64,000 nucleotides of DNA from an uncultured Candidatus Saccharibacteria bacterium (lineage in GTDB: Bacteria > Patescibacteriota > Minisyncoccia > UBA11713 > 2-01-FULL-45-33): NCBI GenBank assembly GCA_964464405.1, contig CAYXFX010000001.1:3466-67465 (forward strand), given 5' to 3'. Each line of letters begins with the position of its first letter. Position 1 is the first letter of the stretch. Below are positions 45,880 to 54,921 of this stretch, in pieces. The translations under genes were made by a program, and so were the position numbers. The notes below the pieces were generated by a model that did not search any database, was not told the origin of the DNA, and saw nothing but the letters and a program-made list of their open reading frames with translations.

Positions 45880-46370
45880 AAAAGAATCCCCGGGAATGAG
45901 ATCCAGGGGAAAAATAAAAATAGAAAATTGTATGAAGAACTATGAAGAACGATTAATGGTGTGCGCAGATGCGCGCTGTTAATGCTTTTACAAGCTCGAC
46001 TTGCCAAAAAATGGCTAAAGTCAATGTGGCGCGCATCTGCCCATACCAGCCGCGAACGGCAAAATTATTCCTACTTTCATTATCCCAAAAAAGAAAGCCC
46101 CGAGCAATGCCGGGGCTGTGGATAAAAGGGGGCAGTTTAAAATGACTGTTCGGCGCAAATCGGTGCATCTGCATGGAAATTTTTTTCTCAAACTTTTTAA
46201 AAGAATTTAAATCGTAAGAGTTCCATCTCGATGCTGGCCGAGGACTAAAATGTCCACCGCGCCCTATTTTTTAAAACAAATACATCTCAAACTGCCATTA
46301 TTTAATTATACTCCTTTTTAAAAAAAAGTCAATATCATAAAGAAAGCACTCAAGATGGTACGATAAATTT

Positions 46371-48101
46371 ATGCAAAACCAAGAAATTGCGCGTATTTTG
46401 CGCAATATGTCAGCGTACTATGAAATGGAGGGAGTGCAGTTTAAACCTCGCGCTTATGAAAAAGCGGCTTTAGGAATTGAAACGCTTGACCGGGAAGCTA
46501 AAGAAATTTTCAAAGAAGAAGGGCCAAAGGGACTTCTTAAAATTCCCGGCGTGGGAAAAGGAATTGCAGAACATGTGGAGCATTTATTAAAGAACGAACA
46601 CTTTCCAGAATATGACCGTTTAAGGAAAAAAATTCCAGTAAATATTTCAGAACTTACTGCAGTCGAAGGAATAGGCCCTAAGATGATAAAAACGCTCTAT
46701 CAGAAATTAAAAATAAAAAATGTAAAAGAGCTTGAAGCGGCCGCGCGTGCTGGGAAGCTCCGAAAACTTCCAAGAATGGGCGAAAAGCTTGAAGCAAAAA
46801 TATTGAAAGGTATTGAATTTCAAAACAGGGATGGGGGAAAGAGATTTTTGCTCGGAGAAATTTTGCCGCTTGCGCGCAGAATCAGAGAGCGATTGCTTAA
46901 AGTGCAAGGAGTAGAGAAAGTAGAAATTGCCGGATCGCTCCGCAGGATGCAGGAGACAATCGGCGATTTGGATTTTCTTGCCATCGCCAAAAATCTAAAA
47001 ACCGTTTCTGATTATTTTTTAAAAATGCCTGAAGTTGTTCATGTATACGCGAAAGGAAACACGAAAGTTTTAGTGCGCCTGAATTCAGGAATTGATGCTG
47101 ATCTTCGTGTTTTGCCCCGCGAATCATTCGGCGCCGCACTCCAGTATTTTACCGGGAACAAGGACCACAATATTGAAGTGCGAAAAATTGCAATTAGGCA
47201 TGGATATAAATTAAATGAATATGGCCTTTTTCGCGGAAAGAAAATTATAGCTGCTGAAACAGAAGAAGAGGTTTATAAAAAACTTGGGATGGAAATGCCG
47301 CCGCCGGAGATGAGATTGAATCAGGGAGAGATTGAGCTTGCGCTAAATAAAAAAATTCCTGAGCTTATCGGTTACGGCGACCTTAAGGGCGATCTCCAGA
47401 TTCAAACTTTGTGGACCGACGGAAAAAATTCGATCGAAGATATGGCGCGCGAAGCGGAGAAACTCGGACACGAATATATTGCAATCACAGATCATACACG
47501 CGCGCTTGCAATGACCGGCGGCTCGGATGAAAAAAAACTTTTAAAACAAATGGACGAGATTGATAAAATCAATCGTAAATTGAAAATTGAAAATTGTAAA
47601 TTAAAAATTCTTAAGGGCGCGGAAGTTAACATAATGAAAGATGGAACTTTGGATATTGACGACAAGACACTCGCAAAATTAGACGTTGTAGGCGCGGCGG
47701 TGCATTCGCTTTTTAATCTGCCGAAAGCAGAGCAGACAAAAAGGATTATCCGTGCCATGGAAAATTCGAACGTAGATATTATTTTTCATCCAACCGGACG
47801 GATTATCAACCGCCGCGAGCCATATGAAATTGATATCGAAGAAATCATAAAAGCCGCGAAGCGCACAGGAACCGTATTGGAGATTGACGGACACCCGTGG
47901 CGCCTGGATTTGAAGGATGAGCATGTCCGTATGGCTCGAGAAACTGGGGTTAAAATGGTAATTGATACCGATGCCCACTCGGTTTACGAAATGAGCTATT
48001 TAGAATACGGCATTGCGCAAGCACGAAGAGGTTGGGCTAGCAAGGAAGACATTATAAACGCTTGGCCGATTGAAAAAATGCTGGGATTTTTAAAAAAGTA
48101 A
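46371..48101 (+). CDS. polX: family X DNA polymerase with C-terminal PHP domain
   Basis: N-terminal Pol beta-like lyase/HhH region (IPGVGKGIA), nucleotidyltransferase D residues, PHP motifs (ITDHT, HP). Confidence 0.85.
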   Translation: MQNQEIARILRNMSAYYEMEGVQFKPRAYEKAALGIETLDREAKEIFKEEGPKGLLKIPGVGKGIAEHVEHLLKNEHFPEYDRLRKKIPVNISELTAVEGIGPKMIKTLYQKLKIKNVKELEAAARAGKLRKLPRMGEKLEAKILKGIEFQNRDGGKRFLLGEILPLARRIRERLLKVQGVEKVEIAGSLRRMQETIGDLDFLAIAKNLKTVSDYFLKMPEVVHVYAKGNTKVLVRLNSGIDADLRVLPRESFGAALQYFTGNKDHNIEVRKIAIRHGYKLNEYGLFRGKKIIAAETEEEVYKKLGMEMPPPEMRLNQGEIELALNKKIPELIGYGDLKGDLQIQTLWTDGKNSIEDMAREAEKLGHEYIAITDHTRALAMTGGSDEKKLLKQMDEIDKINRKLKIENCKLKILKGAEVNIMKDGTLDIDDKTLAKLDVVGAAVHSLFNLPKAEQTKRIIRAMENSNVDIIFHPTGRIINRREPYEIDIEEIIKAAKRTGTVLEIDGHPWRLDLKDEHVRMARETGVKMVIDTDAHSVYEMSYLEYGIAQARRGWASKEDIINAWPIEKMLGFLKK

Positions 48102-48122
48102 TTAGAGCGTATAATATTCATA

Positions 48123-48812
48123 ATGGACGTCTTGGAAGTAAAAAATTTAAGTGTAAATTTTGGAAAGCAAAATATTTTGCGGGATATTTCCTTTTCGATA
48201 GAGGAAGGGGATACTTTAGCGATCATTGGCCCAAACGGGTCGGGCAAAACAACTCTTTTTCGCGCAATTTTGGGAGCGGTAAAATACGAAGGAGAGATAC
48301 ATAAAGACAAAGAAATGCATTTCGGATATGTTCCCCAAAAGGTTGATTTAGAAAGAGATTTGCCGATTACAGTAAACGAATTTCTAAATCTTAGCGTTGT
48401 TTCAAAAAAAGTGGAAAATATATCAAAAAATCTTATAAAAATGGTTGGACTTAACGAAGATTATTTAAATAAAAAAATCGGCGAACTCTCGGCCGGCGAG
48501 CTCCAAAGAGTTTTAATAGCTTGGAGTTTGGTAGGGCAACCAAAGTTGTTGTTATTCGATGAGCCGACCGCTAGCGTTGATGTCGCTGGGCAAGAAACGG
48601 TTTATGAGTTATTGCACAAACTTCAGGACGAAAAAAATCTCACTTTAATTTTAATATCACACGATTTGTCAGTTGTTTATAAATATGCAAATAAAGTTTT
48701 ATGTTTAAACAAAAATCAGGTTTGTTTTGGCCCTCCTGCGGAGGTTTTGACTCCCAAAGAACTCGAAAAATTATACGGAGGAGAAAGGAAACTTTATCAT
48801 CATAAACATTAA
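48123..48812 (+). CDS. znuC: ABC transporter ATP-binding protein (ZnuC-like)
   Basis: GPNGSGKTTLF, LSAGELQRV, LLLFDEPTASVD. Confidence 0.85.
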   Translation: MDVLEVKNLSVNFGKQNILRDISFSIEEGDTLAIIGPNGSGKTTLFRAILGAVKYEGEIHKDKEMHFGYVPQKVDLERDLPITVNEFLNLSVVSKKVENISKNLIKMVGLNEDYLNKKIGELSAGELQRVLIAWSLVGQPKLLLFDEPTASVDVAGQETVYELLHKLQDEKNLTLILISHDLSVVYKYANKVLCLNKNQVCFGPPAEVLTPKELEKLYGGERKLYHHKH

Positions 48813-48818
48813 TTTTTT

Positions 48819-49580
48819 ATGGAAATTAATTACTTAACTTTATTTGCAGGAGCGGCGATTGCCGCTGCGGGGGGAATGATAGGATCATTTGCATTATTGC
48901 GGAAAATGGCGCTTGTCGGGGACGCGTTGTCGCACGTCGCTTTGCCGGGGATAGCTTTGGGACTTCTTTTTAATTTCAATCCAGTCCTTGGCGGGCTTGT
49001 GTTTCTGGGTGTCGGAATTTTAATAATTTGGGCTGTGGAGCACAAAACAAAACTTCCCGCCGATACTTTAGTGGGGATTGTTTTTACATTAGCTCTTGCG
49101 GTTGGCGCATTGCTTACTCCGGAAGAGGAAATTTTAGAAGCTCTTTTTGGGGATATAACTAAAATAACTTCGTTCGATTTTTTGATTGCTGTTTTGATTT
49201 CGGCGTTTATTATTTTTTTGCTTATAATTTTTTATAAAAAATTTTCACTTACATTAATTTCTGCGGATCTGTCGCTTTCTGTGGGGCACCGTCCACATTT
49301 AATTGAGCTTCTTTTTCTTTTGATTTTTGCTTTAGGTGTGGCCGCAGGAATTAAGTTTACCGGGGCTCTGCTTATGGGTTCACTAGTTATAATTCCTGCC
49401 GCAACGGCGAGAAACTTGGCCAGTAGCATGGTCGGATATATAACATTAAGCGCTGTAATTGGAGTTTTGGGCGCTCTATTAGGAATTTTAACTTCCCAAT
49501 TTTATAACATTTCTCCTGGCCCGGCGTTTGTCCTTTTTGCCGGCGCCATGTTTTTTGTTTCGATTTTATTTAGAAAATAA
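48819..49580 (+). CDS. znuB: ABC-3 family metal permease (ZnuB-like)
   Basis: 8 TM, ABC-3 topology; no cognate substrate-binding gene adjacent. Confidence 0.8.
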   Translation: MEINYLTLFAGAAIAAAGGMIGSFALLRKMALVGDALSHVALPGIALGLLFNFNPVLGGLVFLGVGILIIWAVEHKTKLPADTLVGIVFTLALAVGALLTPEEEILEALFGDITKITSFDFLIAVLISAFIIFLLIIFYKKFSLTLISADLSLSVGHRPHLIELLFLLIFALGVAAGIKFTGALLMGSLVIIPAATARNLASSMVGYITLSAVIGVLGALLGILTSQFYNISPGPAFVLFAGAMFFVSILFRK

Positions 49581-49582
49581 AA

Positions 49583-49606
49583 AATTGTCCTTCAAAGGAC
49601 AATTTT
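49583..49606. terminator. bidirectional terminator hairpin AATTGTCCTT-CAA-AGGACAATT between convergent znuB and rplT
   Basis: 10-bp stem flanked by A/T runs on both sides. Confidence 0.6.
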
Positions 49607-49949
49607 ATTTCACACTTTCTAGAACCTTTTTAAACACCGCAGGATGCTTTTCTGCCAGTTCAGCCAAAACTTTGCGGTTAAGGCCCACGTTTGTTTTTTT
49701 TAGATTATTTATGAGCTCGTTATACTTGATTCCGTTTTCGCGAGCTGCGGCATTTATTTTTATGTTCCAAAGTGCGCGCATTACTCGTTTCTTTTTCCGT
49801 CGGTCGTTGAAGGCGTGCCGCCCTGCATGAAGAAGCGCTTCTTTTGCGGCGCGTTCTTTTGATTTTCTTTGCCAGCGAAATCCCTTGGTTTGGCTTAAAA
49901 CTTTTCTGCGTCTTTTTAACGCGATTTTTCCTCTTTTAACTCTCGTCAT
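49605..49949 (-). CDS. rplT: 50S ribosomal protein L20
   Basis: MTRVKRGKIALKRRRKVLSQTKGF... L20 signature. Confidence 0.95.
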   Translation of the reverse strand: MTRVKRGKIALKRRRKVLSQTKGFRWQRKSKERAAKEALLHAGRHAFNDRRKKKRVMRALWNIKINAAARENGIKYNELINNLKKTNVGLNRKVLAELAEKHPAVFKKVLESVK

Positions 49950-49975
49950 TTATTTGTGTATTTATATGAAATTAT

Positions 49976-50164
49976 TTAAAACTTTAAATACGATGTTACC
50001 ATAACAGATTGCCGTTTGCCTAAAGACATTTTTCTTTTATTATGCAGCTGTTTTGATCTCGATTTTTTCGCCTGAAAATGATTTACACCGCTACCCGGGT
50101 GCATAATTTTTCCGGACTTCGTGAATCTCATTCTTTTTAATATTGATTTTCTTGTTTTTAACAT
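49976..50164 (-). CDS. rpmI: 50S ribosomal protein L35
   Basis: 62-aa Lys/Arg-rich, position between infC and rplT. Confidence 0.8.
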   Translation of the reverse strand: MLKTRKSILKRMRFTKSGKIMHPGSGVNHFQAKKSRSKQLHNKRKMSLGKRQSVMVTSYLKF

Positions 50165-50176
50165 GAAACCAAATTA

Positions 50177-50683
50177 TCATTTCTTGGGCGATACTGTCAA
50201 GGAAAGCCCTTTGGGTCCCTTTTTAATGTCTTCTCTTGCAAACCCGTGTGAAATCAATTTTAAAAATCGTTCAAGTCTTTCTTCGAGAAATTTTCTATCT
50301 AAATATTTCTCCCGCCCCTTTAAAAATAAATCGATTTTAATTTTATTTCCTTCATTTAAAAACTCATCCGATTGGCGAGCTTTTAGCTCTAAATCGTGCT
50401 GCGAAGTGCCGATCCCTATTCTTATGCTTTTGACCTCGACTTCTTTATGTTTTTTTGCGGCGGCTTTTCGTTTTTTTTCGAGTTCATAAAAATATTTTCC
50501 CCGATCCATGATTTTTGCAACCGGCGGATTAGCCCCTGGCGAAATTTCGATTAAGTCCAATCCGGTTTCTTCTGCACGTTTCAGTGCTTCTGCCAAGGAA
50601 ATTATACCAATATTGTTGCCGTCTTGGTCTATGACGCGAAGTGTTGAGGAAGAAATTTGGTTGTTTAATCTTAAGTTATTGAT
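50177..50683 (-). CDS. infC: translation initiation factor IF-3, probable non-AUG (AUC) start
   Basis: C-terminal domain KEVEVKSIRIGIGTSQHDLELK...; upstream in-frame extension INNLRLNNQISSSTLRVIDQDGNNIGIISL aligns with IF-3 N-domain ([25 protein letters not shown]) but contains no ATG/GTG; in-frame TAA three codons above the ATC; ORF-track start at 50596 is a TTG inside the N-domain. Confidence 0.7.
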   Translation of the reverse strand: MNNLRLNNQISSSTLRVIDQDGNNIGIISLAEALKRAEETGLDLIEISPGANPPVAKIMDRGKYFYELEKKRKAAAKKHKEVEVKSIRIGIGTSQHDLELKARQSDEFLNEGNKIKIDLFLKGREKYLDRKFLEERLERFLKLISHGFAREDIKKGPKGLSLTVSPKK

Positions 50684-51129
50684 GGTTTTATTTTAGATTT
50701 ATTTCTAAATAATATCAACCCCAATATAAATAATAAAGTTGAAGTTGCCGCGGAAACAATACAGTAAAGACAAATCGCATATATCACAAAAAGTTGAAGA
50801 TAAATTAAAACAAGGCTTGCTAAAAACCCAAGTGGAGTTAAGTATGCTGCTAGCAATAAAACTTTTTCGTTTTTATTATCAAAATAAATAACTGAAAGTA
50901 AAAAAACAGAAAGATAGTACATTGCTCCAAATAAAGCTATTGGAACGCCGAATACGGTGGCGTATTTGCTTGTGGTAACTGTCTCGCACCCTTCAAGTAT
51001 CGTGCAGTTAGGAGTTATGCCCAGATAGTGTACCGCTGTAAGATAAGCTGCGTCTAAAAAACCGATGAAGCTTAAAATTATGAAAGCCCAAAAAAGCCAC
51101 TTAGGAATTAGCACGTATAGCTTCTTCAA
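50671..51129 (-). CDS. vitamin K epoxide reductase (VKOR) family membrane protein
   Basis: 4-5 TM, loop Cys pair (NCTILEGC) and TM CxxC (CLYC). Confidence 0.7.
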   Translation of the reverse strand: MKKLYVLIPKWLFWAFIILSFIGFLDAAYLTAVHYLGITPNCTILEGCETVTTSKYATVFGVPIALFGAMYYLSVFLLSVIYFDNKNEKVLLLAAYLTPLGFLASLVLIYLQLFVIYAICLYCIVSAATSTLLFILGLILFRNKSKIKPSIT

Positions 51130-51856
51130 TTAAATTTTTAAACTCGTCGTAGTTTTTGGGATTTTGCATTGTTTTTCCGTTTAGAAAAAACGTAGGGGTT
51201 GAATTTACCTTGGATCCGATTCCGCCCAAGTAATCCTGCTCAACTTTATCTTTAATTTCTTTTGAAGAAATATCATTTTTATATTTATTCATATCTAACT
51301 GCAGTTTTTCGGCGTATGAAGCAAAAATTTCTTCGGTGTTGCGTTTTTCCGACCAGTTTTTTTGGTTGTCAAAAATCATATTATGCATTTCCCAGAATTT
51401 TCCCTGCTTGCCCGCAGCTTCCGCTGCAAACGCAGCGGGCTTTGCTCCCGAATGTTGAGGAAGAGGGAAATGCCTGTATACAATTTGTATTTTTTCCTTG
51501 TAATCTTCTCCCAACTGTTTTACCAGCGGATAATAAGCTCCGCAGGCGGGGCATTGAAAATCGCTATATTCGATTAAAACCACTTTAGAAGACGTATTCC
51601 CCTTGATCCAATCTACTCCGGAAACAGGATTAGTAAGAGACGCAGTTTGAGTATTGCTGTTTACTGCGTTGCCGCCAAATTTGACAGCCGCAAAAATGCC
51701 GCTTGCTATAAGAATCGCAACTCCCGCCCAAAGGCTTATTCTTTTGATTAATTTTTCGCGCTTTCCTTGTCCGGCTTCTTTGTTTTTCATTTGCCGTTTT
51801 AACTCTCTGCGCTCTTTTTTTGAAAGGTTTTCTGTGTTTTGATTATTTTCATCCAT
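51101..51856 (-). CDS. DsbA-like thioredoxin-fold thiol:disulfide oxidoreductase with N-terminal membrane anchor
   Basis: CPAC active site in FQCPACGAY, TM anchor, partner of VKOR. Confidence 0.75.
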   Translation of the reverse strand: MDENNQNTENLSKKERRELKRQMKNKEAGQGKREKLIKRISLWAGVAILIASGIFAAVKFGGNAVNSNTQTASLTNPVSGVDWIKGNTSSKVVLIEYSDFQCPACGAYYPLVKQLGEDYKEKIQIVYRHFPLPQHSGAKPAAFAAEAAGKQGKFWEMHNMIFDNQKNWSEKRNTEEIFASYAEKLQLDMNKYKNDISSKEIKDKVEQDYLGGIGSKVNSTPTFFLNGKTMQNPKNYDEFKNLIEEAIRANS

Positions 51857-51945
51857 AATGTAATGATAGCATGTTTTGGATTTTTTTCAAATGTTTTCGA
51901 TACTTGCGGTGATTGTTTAATTTTAATAATGTTTAGGTAGGTAGA

Positions 51946-53283
51946 ATGGAGGATATCATGGCGATCTTTGAAAAAATGGCTGAACGAAAAATAGAGAGAA
52001 TGTTTATTTCACCAAACGATGATTCTATTGAAGAAACCAAATGGCTAATATCTGCGATGAGGGCAATGGGGCATGAAAAAGTGCTTCTTTCGTGTTATCC
52101 GGAGGTCGGGCTTAGGTCTTGCGTCGCCATACATGACCTCACATTGAGCGGTTCTATAACAGGGGAAAACGCTTTGGAAAAAGGGCCTATCGGCGGCGTA
52201 CGATTTTATCCGTATTTTTCGGAAAAAGATTGCTTACTAGACGTGTTGAAGCTTTCACAAGCAATGACAAAAAAAGCTTCAGCGGCGGGATTAAACCGCG
52301 GAGGCGCAAAATCAGTAATTTGGGGAGATCCAAAAACCGAAAAAACTTTAGCACTGCTTGCGCAATTGGCAGACGAAGTCGATTTTTTAAAAGGCAAATA
52401 CATTGCGGCTGAAGACATGGGGATTGCCGTTTCGGATTTGAGCTTTATGCGCCAAAGAACCCCGTTTGTTGCTGGGCTTCCGGAAACATATATGCGCGTA
52501 AAAAATGGCAGTGTTTTTAGAGGATCCGGTGAACCTGGTCCGATTACCGCAAAAGGCGTTATGTTGGGGATTAAAGCATGCCTTAAATTTTTAGGGCTAG
52601 GTGACTTAAATGGCAAGGTAATAGCCATTCAGGGTTTGGGGAGCGTAGGATTTCGGCTTGCGAGGTATGCGCATCAGGAAGGAGCTGAGCTTGTTTGTTG
52701 TGATAAGGAAGAGGATAGGTTGCGGCATTTCTGCGAAGAATTTCAAAAAGACGCAGCTATCGGCACTCCCGCAAGATTAGTAAGTTTGGACGCGATATAT
52801 TCTGCCAAATGTGACATCTTTGCCCCATGCGCTTTCGGTGGTGTGTTGAATGAAAAAAACATAGAAAAGTTGGACTGTAAAATTGTTGCAGGTTCTGCAA
52901 ACAATCCCTTGGCCAATTTGGAATGTGCGCGTTTGCTCAAGGAGAAAAGAGTGCTTTACGCGCCGGATTTTATTATAAATGCCGGAGGGCTCATAAATGT
53001 AGATGATGAGCTTAGATCAGACGGTTACAACGTAGAGCGCGTATTGCGTAGAATTGCAGGCACCATTCCCCGCAACCTTTTCAGAGTTTTTCTCGAATCA
53101 AAAGCTTTAGAACTTTCTCCTGCGGAAGTTGCGGAAGTTTTAGCGCGAGAACGAATCGAAACTCAAAAGAAAAAATTAGAATTTCTTTCCGATATGTTTA
53201 AAAAATCCGCAATCGAAATTGCTCGCATGCTTGAAAATGAAGAAAATCTGCTACGCGAGCTGATGAAAGTAATAACTAATTAA
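51946..53283 (+). CDS. Leu/Phe/Val dehydrogenase-family amino-acid dehydrogenase
   Basis: AAGLNRGGAKSVIWGDP (catalytic Lys motif), IQGLGSVGFRLARYAHQEGAELV (GxGxxG), CKIVAGSANNPL, YAPDFIINAGGLINV; aligns along the length with Bacillus LeuDH from memory. Confidence 0.8.
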   Translation: MEDIMAIFEKMAERKIERMFISPNDDSIEETKWLISAMRAMGHEKVLLSCYPEVGLRSCVAIHDLTLSGSITGENALEKGPIGGVRFYPYFSEKDCLLDVLKLSQAMTKKASAAGLNRGGAKSVIWGDPKTEKTLALLAQLADEVDFLKGKYIAAEDMGIAVSDLSFMRQRTPFVAGLPETYMRVKNGSVFRGSGEPGPITAKGVMLGIKACLKFLGLGDLNGKVIAIQGLGSVGFRLARYAHQEGAELVCCDKEEDRLRHFCEEFQKDAAIGTPARLVSLDAIYSAKCDIFAPCAFGGVLNEKNIEKLDCKIVAGSANNPLANLECARLLKEKRVLYAPDFIINAGGLINVDDELRSDGYNVERVLRRIAGTIPRNLFRVFLESKALELSPAEVAEVLARERIETQKKKLEFLSDMFKKSAIEIARMLENEENLLRELMKVITN

Positions 53284-53299
53284 TTTTTTTTAAATTTAA

Positions 53300-53327
53300 A
53301 AACCCGTAATTTACGGGTTTTTTATTT
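53300..53327. terminator. bidirectional terminator AAACCCGTAA-TTT-ACGGGTTT + T-run
   Basis: Between convergent dehydrogenase (+) and ammonia-lyase (-) genes. Confidence 0.65.
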
Positions 53328-53343
53328 GATTATCCTGTTATAA

Positions 53344-54918
53344 CTAAAATTCTTTATTGCGGATTTGCTTAACTACTTTTGCCCAGTCTTCATCAAGAGG
53401 CTTGTCGATGCTTACAAACTTTATTTTCTTGCGCAGTTTTTTATAAATGTGGGAAGTAAAATGCGCAAACTTCGAAGGATCTTTTTTGCTTTTTAAATCC
53501 ATTCCTTGCGCAGCGATTATCAAAACTCCCGCAAGCAGAATTTCAAATTTTTTGTTAAATTCTAAAGACATTTCTGCTGATCCGAAACCCAAACTTACGA
53601 CATCTTGATTATAGCTTTCCGCAGTTCTTCGATGGATACTATAAGGTGCGGATAAGTAACAGTTTTTTGCAAAAACACTGGAAATGGCGAGGCCCATTCC
53701 TTTAAATCCACTGTTAAATCCCGGCTCTTCTCCGGCCAAACTTGCTCCTAATCCTCGGTTGTATTTTTCGTTTAGCAGCCGCTCTTTTAAGGCGTTTAAT
53801 TCATCTGCTACATCGAAAAGAGAAAGGCGGAGAAAATCCATGGCTTTTGCAATATAAAATCCTGAAAAGTTTCCGGTGTGGTGAACTCTTTTTTCCTGTA
53901 AATTTACAATCGGATTGTCGTTTGCGGAATTTATTTCATTTGTTATCCAGATTTGGGCGAGATTCATAGTTTCAATTGCAGGTCCGAAAAGTTGCGGTGC
54001 GCATCTTATGCAGTAGGGGTCTTGGAGTTCAATTGCAGATTCTACGATCTCCGAAGCTCCTTCCGCTATTTTTTTAACTTGTTCTCTTAAGTCATCGATA
54101 TTTTTTGTTAAGAAGCTTTTCAATAAAAACGTTCTAAGTAAGTCTGCTGCTTTTTTTTGCCCGGGATGATTTTTCATTTGCTGAACAAAGTTATCAAATG
54201 GGTCGGTCATCCCACCCAGCGCTTCGGTTGCCATTGCAGTGGCGGCAACGGAAAGATTTAACATGTATTCGGCGTCATAGAACGCAAGCGAGGCCATTGC
54301 TGTCATAACGGACGTTCCGTTTACAAGAGACAACCCTTCCTTTTCGTGCAGAACTAGCGGGGAAATTCCAAGTTTTTTAAAAAGATGTTCAGTTTTACAA
54401 ATTTTTCCTTTATATTCAACTTTTCCTTTTCCTTGCAACGCTTGCGCTATGGAGGATAGCGGAATCAAATCCCCGCTTGCCCCAATTGATCCTTCCTCGC
54501 GCATTACCGGAATAATGTCTTTGTTTAGTAATTCAATAATTCTTTCAATCTTTTCAATTCCAATTGCCGAGCATCCTTCTTTGGAAAGTGAATTGGCGCG
54601 AAGCAGCATGGTTGCGCGCACTATTTCCTTTTCTAATTTTTTTCCTATTCCGCAGGAAAGCGAATCTATGAGACGTTTCTGGAATTGGACACGTTTGTCT
54701 TCCGGAATTATTTTCCCGACGTTTGCGCCAACCCCCATTTTATCTCCGTAAGCATAAACTCCGCTTTCTAAATAAAATTTACGCCCGTCCGTAATTTTTT
54801 TTCTAAAATCAGAATTTGCCGACAGCACTACAGGCACGTTCTTTCTTGCAACCAAAATAACATCTTCGATTGTTAAGGATTCGCCGTCAACAATAGCCGC
54901 GCCTTCATTGCTTTTCAT
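53344..54918 (-). CDS. MIO-dependent aromatic amino-acid ammonia-lyase family (HAL/PAL/TAL)
   Basis: GSIGASGDLIPLS containing the Ala-Ser-Gly MIO-forming triad; overall collinearity with HAL/PAL; 524 aa. Confidence 0.8.
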   Translation of the reverse strand: MKSNEGAAIVDGESLTIEDVILVARKNVPVVLSANSDFRKKITDGRKFYLESGVYAYGDKMGVGANVGKIIPEDKRVQFQKRLIDSLSCGIGKKLEKEIVRATMLLRANSLSKEGCSAIGIEKIERIIELLNKDIIPVMREEGSIGASGDLIPLSSIAQALQGKGKVEYKGKICKTEHLFKKLGISPLVLHEKEGLSLVNGTSVMTAMASLAFYDAEYMLNLSVAATAMATEALGGMTDPFDNFVQQMKNHPGQKKAADLLRTFLLKSFLTKNIDDLREQVKKIAEGASEIVESAIELQDPYCIRCAPQLFGPAIETMNLAQIWITNEINSANDNPIVNLQEKRVHHTGNFSGFYIAKAMDFLRLSLFDVADELNALKERLLNEKYNRGLGASLAGEEPGFNSGFKGMGLAISSVFAKNCYLSAPYSIHRRTAESYNQDVVSLGFGSAEMSLEFNKKFEILLAGVLIIAAQGMDLKSKKDPSKFAHFTSHIYKKLRKKIKFVSIDKPLDEDWAKVVKQIRNKEF

Positions 54919-54921
54919 TGT

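Noticed and set aside
50121-50489. + strand ORF antisense to infC
   Set aside because: It overlaps the well-supported IF-3 gene and has no motifs.
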